From: Octopus sinensis
Taxonomy: Eukaryota
DNA length: 64,000 nucleotides
NCBI RefSeq assembly: GCF_006345805.1
Contig: NC_043007.1
Location: forward strand, 48,980,001-49,044,000
Direction: 5' to 3'
This document shows, in pieces, positions 51,781 through 63,322 of this stretch (the stretch's first letter is position 1; every line of letters begins with the position of its first letter). A program made the position numbers and the translations under genes. The notes under the pieces are model-generated. The model did no database searches and was not told the DNA's origin. It was given only the letters and a program-made list of their open reading frames with translations.

Positions 51781-53417
51781 GCAAAGGTTTACTGTTGGTG
51801 TGTGCTATATGGTGGGCAATACATAGATGTGCCCAGGCAGAAACATGTTGGCGCGTTGAAAGAGATGTGCGTCTATTGATTACTCGGTCCACTAGAGGTC
51901 TAATAGAGGCAAGGTGCCTTTCAGTGGCGCAAAAGATCGGGTAGTAGCACACATGAGAATGTGACTGTTGTAAGTGTGTGTAAGCATACAGGTAGCAAAA
52001 TATTTTTACAAGAAGGCAAAACATTTTAAAGAGAAAGCAAAACATATGTACATACAAAAAATGAAAGAAAAGTTCATCGAAAAAGTTCGTTTGTGAAATG
52101 TTCAGTAAATGTTCATACAGACAGTTTTTCGCTGACGTGGAACAACGTTTTTGTTTTCCTTTTTTTTTCGTCTGTGGTGTTTGCTGGAGTTGGTGGGTCC
52201 GTTCGAGGAAAGGAGGGAACTGAATGTAAGTCCTCCTCGATGAAGGCTTGTTTCAAACGATCAATCGATACCGTATTTCGTTTACCTCCAATATCGAGAA
52301 CGAAATACTTGGGTTCTCTTTTGATAACCTTGTAGGGCCCGGAATATGGTAGCCGAAGTTGAGATGGTATCCCATCATTCCTCACGAAAACATGAGTCCA
52401 AGTGTTGATGGCTTTGGGATACGTGAAACGACGTTCTGTTGTCTGGGGCCTGCAGGTGATAAATGCGACATGGATGTCCGTAATCGGTGCACATATTGTG
52501 CTGGGTCAGGAAGGTCTTGTGATGAAACAGGTTCGATCACCTGCCCAGGAAAGGTGAGTGCTGTGCCATAGACGAGTTCAGCCGGAGTATATCCAAGTTC
52601 TTCCTTAACCGTGGATCGAATACTAAGGAGGATGAGAGGGAGATGTTCCAGCCAGTGAGAACTGTCCGAAGCTGCTTTTATAGATGCCTTGAGTTGGCGG
52701 TGAAAACGTTCGACCATGCCATTTGCTGCAGGGTGGTAAGCCGTTGTGCGGGTGTGTTTACACCTGAGGAGACGAGTCAGTCCGGTGAAGAGGTGGGAAT
52801 CGAACTGACATCCTCTGTCGGTGGTGATTGTTGCGGGTGTGCCAAAATGCGAAACCCATTGTGATGTCAGCATTTTGGCGACCGTTTCTGCCGATGTATC
52901 AGATAAGGGCCAGGTTTCGGGCCATCGCGAAAAACGATCTACGCAGGTGAGCAAAAGTGTATAATTCTGCGAAGGTGGCAGAGGTCCCACGATGTCAATG
53001 TGAACGTGCTGAAATCGTGCGTCGGGTTGCGAAAAGGAACCGATTGGTGATTTTTATGTGACGGTAGATTTTCGCTTTTTGGCACGCAACACAGCACTTG
53101 GTCCATTCTCTGATATGCTTGTTGATACTGGTCCACACATATCAGCTTTTGAGTAGAGCGAATACAAGGATGTGACAAAGAATGCAGAGCGGAGAAGACT
53201 TCTCGACGATGTTTCTGTGGTACATAAGAGCGTTGGTGACCAGTGGAAATATCACACCAAATATGGGTCGTGGATGATGGTAGCGGAACATGCTGAAATT
53301 TCAGAGATGACGAATTCCGGAGCTTTAACAGTTCTTCGTCATTCTCCTGGTCAGCTGCTATACGTGCCAGATCAATTGTAGCCGTGGTATGGATAGCAGA
53401 ATCGAGTATGGATAGCA

Positions 53418-53649
53418 GGCGGCGAGTTAGCAGAATCGTTAGCACGTCGGGCGAAATGCTTAGCGGTATTTCGGCTGCCGTTACGTTGTGAGTTCAAATT
53501 CCGCCGAGGTCGACTTTGCCTTTCATCCTTTCGGGGTCGATAAATTAAGTACCAGTTAAGCACTGGGGTCGATATAATCGACTTAATACCTATGTCTGTC
53601 CATGTTTGTCTCCTCTATGTTTAGCCCCTTGTGGGTAATAAAGAAATAG
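53418..53649 (+). mobile_element. Family A SINE inserted in Gypsy pol
   Basis: 12-bp TSD GTATGGATAGCA at 53406-53417 and 53650-53661, with a third copy at 53387-53398. Confidence 0.9.
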
Positions 53650-55309
53650 GTATGGATAGCATTGATCTGCGTGCGTAAAAGTGCATCGGCTGCTAAGTTG
53701 GTCATCCCTTTGATGTGGCGTATATCCGTCGTATACTGCGATATGAAGTCGAGGTGGCGAATTTCTCTCGGCAAGTGGCGATCCGGCTTGGCGTTAAATG
53801 CATATACCAGTGGCTTGTGGTCGGTGTATATGGCAAAATTGGTACCTTCTAGCATGTGATGGAAATGCTTAACGGCCAGGTATGCCGCTAATAATTTCCG
53901 ACTGAATGTACTGTATTTCGTTTCCACGAGTTTTAACCGCTTAGAAAAGAAGGACAACGGTTGCCATATGCCGTCAACAAGCTGCTGTAGTACACCTCCA
54001 ACTCCAGAATCGGATGCATCAACGAGTAAACACTGGGGCGTCTGGTTTTGGATAAACCAACATGGTAGCGCTGGATAACGCTTTTTTCAGGGAAGCGAAA
54101 GAGGCGAGTTGATCTTCGGTCAGTGTAATTTCCGGATTTTTGCGAGTTCGCTGACGTAGCAAATCCGCGAGCGGTTGCGCTATCTCAGCGAGGTGGGGGT
54201 ACGAACCGTCGATAGAAATTCGCTAGACCGAGATATTCCCTTAATTTGCGGAGAGATGTGGGTGGTGGAAAATCCACGATGGTTTTGACTTTCTCGTGAA
54301 GGGGACGAATTCCATCCTTATCGGGTCTTGCAGCAACAGGTGGACCGCTGGTTTTGATGTGGTGGGTAACTTCGTGTTTGATCGGCTGGTTGTGGAATAT
54401 TGGTCGAGCGACGTCCGGATATCCCTTCAGGATAGAACTGTGACGAGTCGTTGTTGTGAGTAATATAGCTGGGCTATACCGCGCACAGTATGCTTTGTGG
54501 TGCTGTCGACAAGTCGTCTATTTTAATGTCTACCAGGAGACCGAAATGATGCAGGAAATCGGCTCCTAAAATAGGGGTCGGCAGTTTAGCAACGACGAAT
54601 ACCTACTGAAAGGTGCGGCGTAGTCCTAAGTTCAGTGTTAGGGACTGTTCACCGTAGGTTGGGATGGGTGAATGGTTAACTGCCTGAAGACAGACTGGTG
54701 TCTCTTTTCTTTTTCCTGAAGTGTTGGAGACAGGGATGATGCTGACTTCCGCGCCGGTGTCAACCAGGAAACGTGTGCCTGTTACCCGATCGCAAACGAA
54801 AAACAGGTGACTGTGTAGGTGCGAGCCAGGAACTTCCGTCGCGTTCAACTCCTGGCTGTGCCGTTTCTTGAACTAGATGATGAAACGAGCATGGTATCGG
54901 GCATTTTTGTGCCCGTGTTACGGATTTTCGGTGGTACCAACACGTGTCATTTGAGTTGCGGGTAGCAGTGAGGCAGCTTCGGGATCGTCTACCATCTCGA
55001 TGCGATCGGCTACTGCTTCGACGCTGCATTCCACGCTATAGAGCTTGTATCTGTGAAGCCCGCTGAGTGACCAATGCACGCAAGCCGGAAATTTCCGAAA
55101 CACTGGACGACAAAAGGAAAGGGTTGGTGGAAGGAATCGCTACCTGGAATGACATGTCGACCGAGGATGTGTTTTCCGCTGGGTTCAGTTCTGGGAGGGC
55201 CATTGTGTTCGCCGGAATTCTCAGTTGTTTCGTTGCCGGGTGATGTGCAAGCTGTGATTCTTCGACGCGGTTGGTGAAGCTGGTTCAAGGGAAGGCCGCA
55301 ATTCGTTGA

Positions 55310-55320
55310 CGGGGTCACCA
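55310..55320 (-). promoter_or_regulatory. Primer-binding site complementary to the tRNA-Trp 3' end
   Basis: TGGTGACCCCG matches the conserved eukaryotic tRNA-Trp terminus CGGGGTCACCA (recalled sequence). Confidence 0.7.
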
Positions 55321-55322
55321 AA

Positions 55323-55450
55323 TGTAGTGGTTAGGTGTACATCATGGAACATAGATGAAAAATGGAATGTGTATGTAAACAAATACGTAAACCGATCCAT
55401 AATTGAAAAGAGTTTATTTACAGGACTTGATTCGTTAGAGGTACACTACA
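55323..55450 (-). repeat. 128-bp 5' LTR of the Gypsy element
   Basis: Termini TGTAGTG...CACTACA, minus-strand AATAAA, followed after 2 nt by the PBS. Confidence 0.65.
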
Positions 55451-55504
55451 TACAAAATGTTGGCAACTGCTACGAGGTGCTAGAAATACAGAGTACATTC
55501 GTGG

Positions 55505-55555
<51 letters not shown>

Positions 55556-55581
55556 ATAATATATATATATATATATCCACA

Positions 55582-56063
55582 AAGCAATAATAAATCTCTG
55601 AACGAGATATAAACAGTAACCGCTCGACAACGTAAGGTGTACTAGCCATCTGAATGTGGCTAGCCACTGGGGGTGGGGTGTTACTGATGCTTTTAGCCCC
55701 AGGCGATCAACGTCACCAGATGGACTTTAGGCACAATCTCAGTGCCCTTGTGTTATTTGCAAAGGGAGGTCATCCTCCCTCGAAAACCTAAGTACTACAT
55801 ACGGACTATAGTTTCAAGGTAATTGAGGTAATTGCCTCAAGGTGCTTACCATGCGTTGACGAGAGGCAATTACCTTGAAACTATAGTTCGTATGTAGTAC
55901 TTAGGTTTTCGAGGGAGGATGACCTCCCTTTGCAAATAACACAAGGGCACTGAGATTGTGTCTAAAGTCCATCTGGTGACGTTGATCGCCTGGGGCTAAA
56001 AGCATCAGTAACACCCCACCCCCAGTGGCTAGCCACATTCAGATGGCTAGTACACCTTACGTT
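55582..56063. mobile_element. Family X fold-back element: ~205-bp inverted arms (55629-56063) plus a one-sided tail
   Basis: Arms differ by 2 substitutions and a 9-bp duplication; adjacent to (TA)n. Confidence 0.85.
55850..55894 (+). ncRNA. Minimal type-I hammerhead motif (U3 variant) at the palindrome apex
   Basis: CATGCG TTGACGA GAGG caatta CCTT GAAA C TATA G TT CGTATG. Confidence 0.65.
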
Positions 56064-56898
56064 ATATATCCACAGTTTTATTTAAATCATTGCTTTTTGT
56101 ATGACTTCCATTATTTCCAGTTTAAGAAAGCTTTGCACATGCCAGCAAATATATTTTTTGCTGTTTGTATATAAGAACAACTACTATTATTGGGCTATGT
56201 CTGACGGATTCTGTTTCTATAACTGATGAAGTGTAACATGTGCTTTACAGTCTGATGACGTTGTTCATTACCAATTTCAGTGTGTTTTTCACACATTTTT
56301 GTAAAACGAATTTGTCTTCATAGACAGTTACCATAGCGAATGTCTTTCAAGAAATTAGGCGCAGGCGTGGCTGTGTGGTAAGAAGGCTGCTTTCTAACCA
56401 CATGTCACACCTCATATATGTATATATTTATTATTATTATTATAAGAAAGTTATGTAATTCTGTGATATTATGCATGTACAAATATGTATATTGATGTAT
56501 AATTCAGTTTCACGCTGTGCCAGAACACTTTTTGAACTGCATAGCGTACCTTTATGTATCACTGATCTCTTAACGAAACATTGTTTATATATATAATTTA
56601 GGTTATCTGTTCTCATATTCGCACTTATCACCACTCAAATTTTTAATCGCACAAAAATGTCTCGATCTCCAATATGTAATAACATAATTCTCACTTTAGT
56701 TTTACTTTTTACAAATTCTATTTGGTCTCGCTTATATGATCCCGCCTACAAGACAATCGTCATTCCATACATCAACGGTGAACTTAGAAATGACAATAGA
56801 ACTCAAAGTCTGATTTACGATGTGTCTTCGAAGTAACTGCTAATTTTTACTTTGTGAAAAAAAATCTATATGTACGCATTTGGTACTTTTATTTTAAG

Positions 56899-57246
56899 CA
56901 GTGGTTCTCAACCAGCATGCATATGACACTTTGGGGTTCATATAAGATTTTTGGGTCCACACAAGCAAAATAGTACATTGGGTCCATAAAGTAAACAGTG
57001 CATTAGATCCACTATCTAAGGATTCATGAAAAAGTTTGCTTTAGATGTATTTGTTGCAAGAAACAGCTAAGTTTCTGTGGTGTTTTACATAGTTCAACTT
57101 ATACAAGGGAATGCGTGATAAACAAAATAAATATTTTGAAAGAAGTCTCTATAAACTACGTTTTAAACAACGAATGGTTATAGGGGTCCACTAGAACAAA
57201 ATAGTAATGAAAAGGGTCCCTACGAAAAGATGGTTGGGAACCACTG
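56899..57246. mobile_element. hAT (Charlie-like) MITE
   Basis: TIRs CAGTGGTTCTCAACC / GGTTGGGAACCACTG; imperfect 8-bp TSD ATTTTAAG / AGTTAAAG. Confidence 0.75.
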
Positions 57247-57574
57247 AGTTAAAGGTCGAATGTTTCAATACTTAATCATATATAAAATATTCACATTACT
57301 ATATGCGTAGTTGTGTGTTTGTGTGCGCAGGCCAGACGTAGGAATGGTGAATCGAGAAAGAGAATAACTTGGCAATCAGCCAGTTTTATGAGAGAGTTTG
57401 TTGAAAGTAACACGTACTATACTACTTGTATTTAGTTGTCCTTAGTCAGAATCATACAAAGCAAACGTGTATGTTACTGGTATATAACTAAGTTAATTTT
57501 GTTAATACTTCCGTTTGCTTACCTCGAAATCACAAACTCTCTAATTATCACAATGTTATTTATTTATCTAATAA

Positions 57575-57605
57575 TAAGTTTACCTTTCTAAATTTTTTTT
57601 TTCAG
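57575..57605 (+). promoter_or_regulatory. Splice acceptor upstream of the UGT start codon (5'UTR intron)
   Basis: Polypyrimidine tract TTTTTTTTTCAG ending at 57605, 21 nt before the ATG. Confidence 0.6.
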
Positions 57606-57626
57606 ATCATAACTACATGAAAAACC

Positions 57627-59141
57627 ATGAAGATTTTGCCCATCCCAATATTGGTGCTATCCGCTGTTATTTTTTTACCGACAGTGAACAGCAAAAATAT
57701 TTTATACTTAGCGTGGCCCGCCTACAGTCACCTGAATTCAATGATTTCTATTGCAAACGAATTGGCAAAGTATGGGCATAACAACTATTTTATATTAGAT
57801 AAAAATTACACAAAAACTTTCCAAAATCAGCAAAGCATAAATATTCTACCAATGGATGAAATTCCAGAAATGGAATTAATGCGTTTTGATGCACAGAAGC
57901 AAGAAAAATCAAAACAAATATACGTGATGCGACAGCTTCTGAACACGTTTCCTATGATCTGCGATAGATTTTTAAGGAATGAAAAATGGATAGAATCATT
58001 GCGAGTCGTCAATGCCAGTTTAGCTGTGATCAATGGAATATTCATGACAAACTGTCTTACAATAATCCCTTATCAATTGTCAATTCCATTTGTTCTCACG
58101 GCATCTGAGATATTTCCTAGTCTTCATCGTATTCCATGGAACCCCAGTGTTTTTCCAAGCAGCTTACTCTCATCCTCCGATAAGATGACATATTCGGAAA
58201 AGTTAATAAGTACTTTGGCTGCTATTTTAGACTACACTATTCCTCCTATTGGAGCGCCTATACACAGCGTCAAAACATATGCGAAAGACAAACCTGATAT
58301 TTCATTCACAGATTTACTACATCAGACACAGTTTTTTCTTATTGAAAAAGATGTACTTGTAGATTATCCACTACCACAACTTCCAAATGTAAGATACGTT
58401 GGTGGTCTGGCTACAAAACACTCATTGCCTTTGAAGGGAGAATTAGTGAAATTCGTAAATGCGTCTAAGAATGGAATAGTTGTGGTGTCATTTGGCAGTA
58501 TTATCAATGATTTCCCTGCTGTTCAATTAGAGAAACTACAAAGTGCATTGAAACAAATAAAATATGATGTTGTGTGGAGACAGAAGAAAACATCATTTTC
58601 TCATAAGAATATTTATGTCAGTGATTGGGTACCACAAAATGATCTGCTTGGCCATCCTAAAACAAAATTATTTGTTACTAATTGTGGAAATAACGGTCAG
58701 TTTGAAGCTTTGTTCCATGGTGTACCAATGCTGGGAATACCTTTATTTGCAGACCAACATTATAACTCTCGCAGAATGACCGAGAAAGGATACGGATTGT
58801 CTCTAGATATAGAGAACTTTACTCCGGAGGAATTAATAGAGAAAATGAATGAACTAATTGAAAACAAAACATATTCTGAGAAAATTAAAAGAGCTAGTGA
58901 AATATTTCATTCTCGGCCCGAATATCCAGCGAAGAAATCAGCCCGCCATATTGATCACATCTTGAAATATGGTGGAGAATATCTAAAATCTCCATGTCAA
59001 GAGAGTCGATTGTATGAATTTTTAATGATCGATGTATTGGCTCCTATATTTGCTGCAACAATATTTTTGATATATTTAATATATCGAAGTGTAAAAAAAT
59101 GTTTATCGTTTTGTTGCAAGAAGAAAACGAAGACTGACTAA
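57627..59141 (+). CDS. UGT: UDP-glucuronosyltransferase/UDP-glycosyltransferase family protein (504 aa, single coding exon)
   Basis: Signal peptide; SH catalytic His; GIVVVSFGS; signature WVPQNDLLGHPKTKLFVTNCGNNGQFEALFHGVPMLGIPLFADQ; C-terminal TM helix; KxKxx ER-retrieval tail. The symbol is family-level only. Confidence 0.95.
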   Translation: MKILPIPILVLSAVIFLPTVNSKNILYLAWPAYSHLNSMISIANELAKYGHNNYFILDKNYTKTFQNQQSINILPMDEIPEMELMRFDAQKQEKSKQIYVMRQLLNTFPMICDRFLRNEKWIESLRVVNASLAVINGIFMTNCLTIIPYQLSIPFVLTASEIFPSLHRIPWNPSVFPSSLLSSSDKMTYSEKLISTLAAILDYTIPPIGAPIHSVKTYAKDKPDISFTDLLHQTQFFLIEKDVLVDYPLPQLPNVRYVGGLATKHSLPLKGELVKFVNASKNGIVVVSFGSIINDFPAVQLEKLQSALKQIKYDVVWRQKKTSFSHKNIYVSDWVPQNDLLGHPKTKLFVTNCGNNGQFEALFHGVPMLGIPLFADQHYNSRRMTEKGYGLSLDIENFTPEELIEKMNELIENKTYSEKIKRASEIFHSRPEYPAKKSARHIDHILKYGGEYLKSPCQESRLYEFLMIDVLAPIFAATIFLIYLIYRSVKKCLSFCCKKKTKTD

Positions 59142-59610
59142 AGGAATTGCTTTGGTGTAAATTATATTTGTTTTATGTAAATTAAAGTCAGAAACGTTCA
59201 GGTTTTTAAAACCTCAATAGAAATTAGGAACATATTTTTCTGTAGAAATTATAGTCATGCTGAAATGTTTACCTCGTTTACAATGGTTTTTATGTGTAGT
59301 GTGTGTACTTTAGGGCTTTAATATCTGTATGGCGAGTTAGCTAATGGCTACACTTCATTATTTCCAGTCATTTTGCTAAAATGGTGCAAAAGTACATCCT
59401 TAACGATTTTCTAAGCGTTTAGTCCACCTTATTTTCACAATTTTGCTCCTACGTCATCATGACGATATGAAAAGTAAATGGATCACCCTTTCCTTTACAA
59501 AAGAGTGTTACACTGTTGTGATACTATATATAAATGTGTGTATATATATATATATAATATATATATATATATATTTATATATATATTCACACACACACAT
59601 ATATATATAT

Positions 59611-60143
59611 CTAGCAGTATCGCCCGGCGTTGCTCGGGTTTGTAAGGGAAATAACTATATAAGCATTTTTAGAGAGTTATAGCCAAAAAATAGCAAAAAA
59701 TGCATTAAAATGGAAAAAAAACGATGGTAAATTTTTTTTAAATCGTAGACTCATGTAGACGCTTTCTTAGCCATTTCTGTTTTGGTGTCTTCAAGCCATG
59801 AAGTCGTTGTTCTAAAAGAACGCTGGTCTCCTTGACAACGCATTACGACGTTGATTTCCTTGCACTCCCTTCCCCACAGGTGCAGGTGTGAGCGTGGATG
59901 CCAACTCCGCCGCCATCGACACACGAAAAATTATGCATTAAAATGGAATAAAAAATGATGTTAAATTATTTTTAAAATCGTAGACTCATCGTAGACGCGC
60001 GCTAATACTCAGACGGGCTCGATATGAATCACGACTATAAGCTACCCGAATTTGGTTAAACTGCACCGCAAAATGTGGGAGTAGTTAGGAATCTAAATCG
60101 AAGGGGACAGACACTCACACAACTACAGTTTTATATATATAGA
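59611..60143 (-). mobile_element. Non-autonomous Helitron with an internal duplication flanking a ~170-bp insert
   Basis: 5' TCTATATATATAAAA; 3' CCCGAGCAACGCCGGGCGATACTGCTAG; ~60-bp duplicate at 59701-59761 and 59934-59997. Confidence 0.8.
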
Positions 60144-60204
60144 TATACATAGCGCAGTAGTGGTGAGATGTGACAGCAAAGAAAAGCATACATTCACTCT
60201 CTGC

Positions 60205-60480
60205 ATGCAATTAGACTCGGAAAGTTCGTGAGGAACCCATTGACCCAATTTGCTGACTTTTCCGATAGCACACAGGTCTCAATGAATGGTTGAATGACCA
60301 AATCCAAGCTTCTCTGCTAGTTCCTCAACAGTTACGATGAGATTTTGTTCCACAGGGTTTTCAGGATGTCCTTGTCGAGTTCTACAGATCTTTCAGGATG
60401 AGGCTCGTCTTCTAGGCTGTTCCAATATAGCTTTGAAAAAAATAGCTGTTAAAATCGAAATGCACTCTTCAAAACTTGCA
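60205..60480 (-). mobile_element. mariner transposase N-terminal fragment
   Basis: SLEDEPHPERSVE...TVEELAEKLGFGHSTI...GKVSKLGQWVPHELS. Confidence 0.75.
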
Positions 60481-61195
60481 CTATGAATAAGGACAAGATA
60501 AAATTACTACCTGCTTTTATAGCAAGTTAATATAAGTAGTTTATCCCATTCCCCTCTGACTTTTAGTTCAAGCTGTTGAAAAAACCGCATTATTATATAT
60601 ATATATATATACATACATACATACATACATATACACACACTCTCTCTCTCACACACATGCACACATATTCTCTTATTCTTTTATATGTTTCAGCCTTGAG
60701 GTTGTGGCCATGCTGGATCATGTGTGTGTGTGTGTGTGTCTATCTGTCTGTCTGTCTGTATGTATATATGTATATGTATGTGTGTGAACAATAATATTTT
60801 CAACAGATGTGTTGCAAATGTCTGATTGTCTCAAGCTTCAATACTGTGTGTGTGTGTATGTGTGTGGTGTGTGTATGTATGTATGTATATGTATGTATGT
60901 ATATGTATGTATGTATGTATGTGTGTATGTATGTGTGTGTGTATGTATGTATGTGTGTGTGTGTATGTATGTATGTATGTATGTATGTATGTATGTATGT
61001 ATGTATGAGTGTATGTTTACTTTATTACTAACACAAGCCAGTACGGTTATTTAATGTAAAGTCTTCCTCAAATCACTATCTCTGGCTATTTACTCTCTTC
61101 CAAGAACATTTTCACTCACACTTATGTGTTAGCTTCCCATACATTTTACTCATGTATCTATCAGCGTGATAGAGAGAAACAAATATTACATCTAG

Positions 61196-61724
61196 TTTCA
61201 CTTTATTCGTTGCCCACTGTGTGTGTGCGTTTGCGTGTGGTGTAAACCAGACTAAGAAAAGCATTTGACACACACACACCAGAATGTGAGTTTTCTGTAA
61301 ATTTTGCTTAATTGGAGTTTAAATTTTAAAAACTGGACCTGGCATGACGCGATGCATTGTACTCTTAAAAATGGTAGGTAAATTGTAATTGAAGAAATCC
61401 TATATTGTAGATTTGTATAACTCCCAAAGGGAGGCAGATAAAATCTGCCTTTTATAATAAGAGATATACATATATATACATATATTTATATATGTATTTA
61501 TATACATATATATGTGTTTATATATATATAAATATCTATATATATATGTAAATATACGTATAAATATATATATATATATAGATATTATATGTATATATAT
61601 ATGTATATATATATGTATAAATATATATGTATATATATATGTATAAATATATATATAATATATATATAGATAAATATATGTATATATATATGTATATATA
61701 TATGTATATATATATGTATATAAA

Positions 61725-61774
<50 letters not shown>

Positions 61775-62040
61775 CTTATTATAAAAGGCAGATTTTATCT
61801 GCCTCCCTTTGGGAGTTATACAAATCTACAATATAGGATTTCTTCAATTACAATTTACCTTGCATTTTTAAGAGTACAATGCATCGCGTCATGCCAGGTC
61901 CAGTTTTTAAAATTTAAACTCCAGTTAAGCAAAATTTTACAGAAAACTCACATTCTGGTGTGTGTGGTCAAATGCTTTTCTTAGTCTGGTTTACAGCACA
62001 CGCAAACGCACACACACAGTGGGCAACGAATAAAATGAAA
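61196..62040. repeat. Head-to-head inverted pair of ~270-bp Helitron-like elements around a ~300-bp TA-rich tract
   Basis: 61196-61466 is the reverse complement of 61770-62040. The left copy has 5' TCTCTTATTATAAAAGGCAG and ends in CTAG; partial third copy at 26218-26290. Confidence 0.8.
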
Positions 62041-62259
62041 GTAATTGACTTACTGTAGTGAGTGATTCTTTCACTCTGCCTCCCACTTCCTCTTTCCACA
62101 CAGACACGCAAATATATAAATAAAATTGTAAGCTAACGTGCGTGTGTGTGAGTGGGTGGTGTTGGGTGTGCGCGTGTGTGTGTGTGTGAGGGTGCGTGTG
62201 TGTGTGTGTGTGTGCGTGTGCGTGAGTGTGTGACAGGAAAGTTTTTTACGACGAATATA

Positions 62260-62962
62260 ACACCTATATCCAAGTAGCAGAAAGATAAGACAGTAAGTGT
62301 GACTTGAGGGAGATGGCTGCTATTTCTACCATGTCTAGCTGCCATGTAGGGGTCTCCCTCATAGGCTCATACATACATAATACATAGATAAGGACAGTAA
62401 GGTGTGATTTGGGGGAAATTTGGCTGCTATTTCTACCAGGTCTAGCTGCCATGTAGGGGTCTCCTCATAGGCTCATACATACATATGTACATAGATAAGA
62501 CAGTAAGGTGTGATTTGGGGGAATTTGGCTGCTATTTCTACCAGGTCTAGCTGCCATGTAGGGGTCTCCCTCATAGCTCATACATACATATATACATAGA
62601 TAACCAGTGATTTGGGGGAATTTGGCTGCTATTTCTACCAGGTCTGCTGCCATGTAGGGGTCTCCCTCATAGGCTCATACATACATATGTACATAGATAA
62701 GACAGTAAGGTGTGATTTGGGGGAAATTTGCTGCTATTTCTACCAGGTCTAGCTGCCATGTAGGGGTCTCCCTCATAGGCTCATACATACATATATACAT
62801 AGATAAGACAGTAAGGTGTGATTTGGGGGAAATTTGGCTGCTATTTCTACCAGGTCTAGCTACCATGTAGAGGTCCCCCTCATTGGCTCATATATATATA
62901 CATACATAAGACAGTAAGGTGTGATTTGAGGGAGATTTGGCTGCTGTTTCTACCAGGTCTGT
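62260..62962. repeat. ~105-110-bp tandem minisatellite (~6.5 units)
   Basis: Repeated GGCTGCTATTTCTACCAGGTCTAGCTGCCATGTAGGGGTCTCCCTCATAGGCTCATACATAC. Confidence 0.9.
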
Positions 62963-63322
62963 TAGGCCTTCTCATGTAAACTCAAGCTTTCTCATGCCTT
63001 CGACATATGACCAAAGCAGAGAATGTATTCTTTTATTCTTCTGCTTTTTCCAGCCATTGGTCTGTGGCCATGCTGGGGCAATGCCTTGAAGAATTGTTTT
63101 AATGAATCAACTCCAGTTTTATTTTTGTAAGCATTGTACTTATTCTATCTGTTTCTTTTGTCAAACCACTAGGTGACAGGGATGTAAACAAACCAACATT
63201 CGTTGTCAAGCAGTGGTGGAGGACAATCACAAGCACAGACACGCACACACACACACATACATGCATACACATATACACACATACATACATACATACATAT
63301 ATATATATGTGTGTATATTATA

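Larger units (their letters stand above)
52100..55450 (-). mobile_element. Gypsy LTR retrotransposon, internally deleted (RT core absent) and lacking the 3' LTR
   Basis: Order gag C-term (CWYHRK...C..PCSF), protease (FLVDTGAEVS), RNase H, integrase (CVDRFSRWP, TTDRGCQF, NGMVERFH) and GPY module. Confidence 0.9.

Noticed and set aside
62260-62962. CRISPR-like regular repeats
   Set aside because: Eukaryotic context, no unique spacers and no cas genes.
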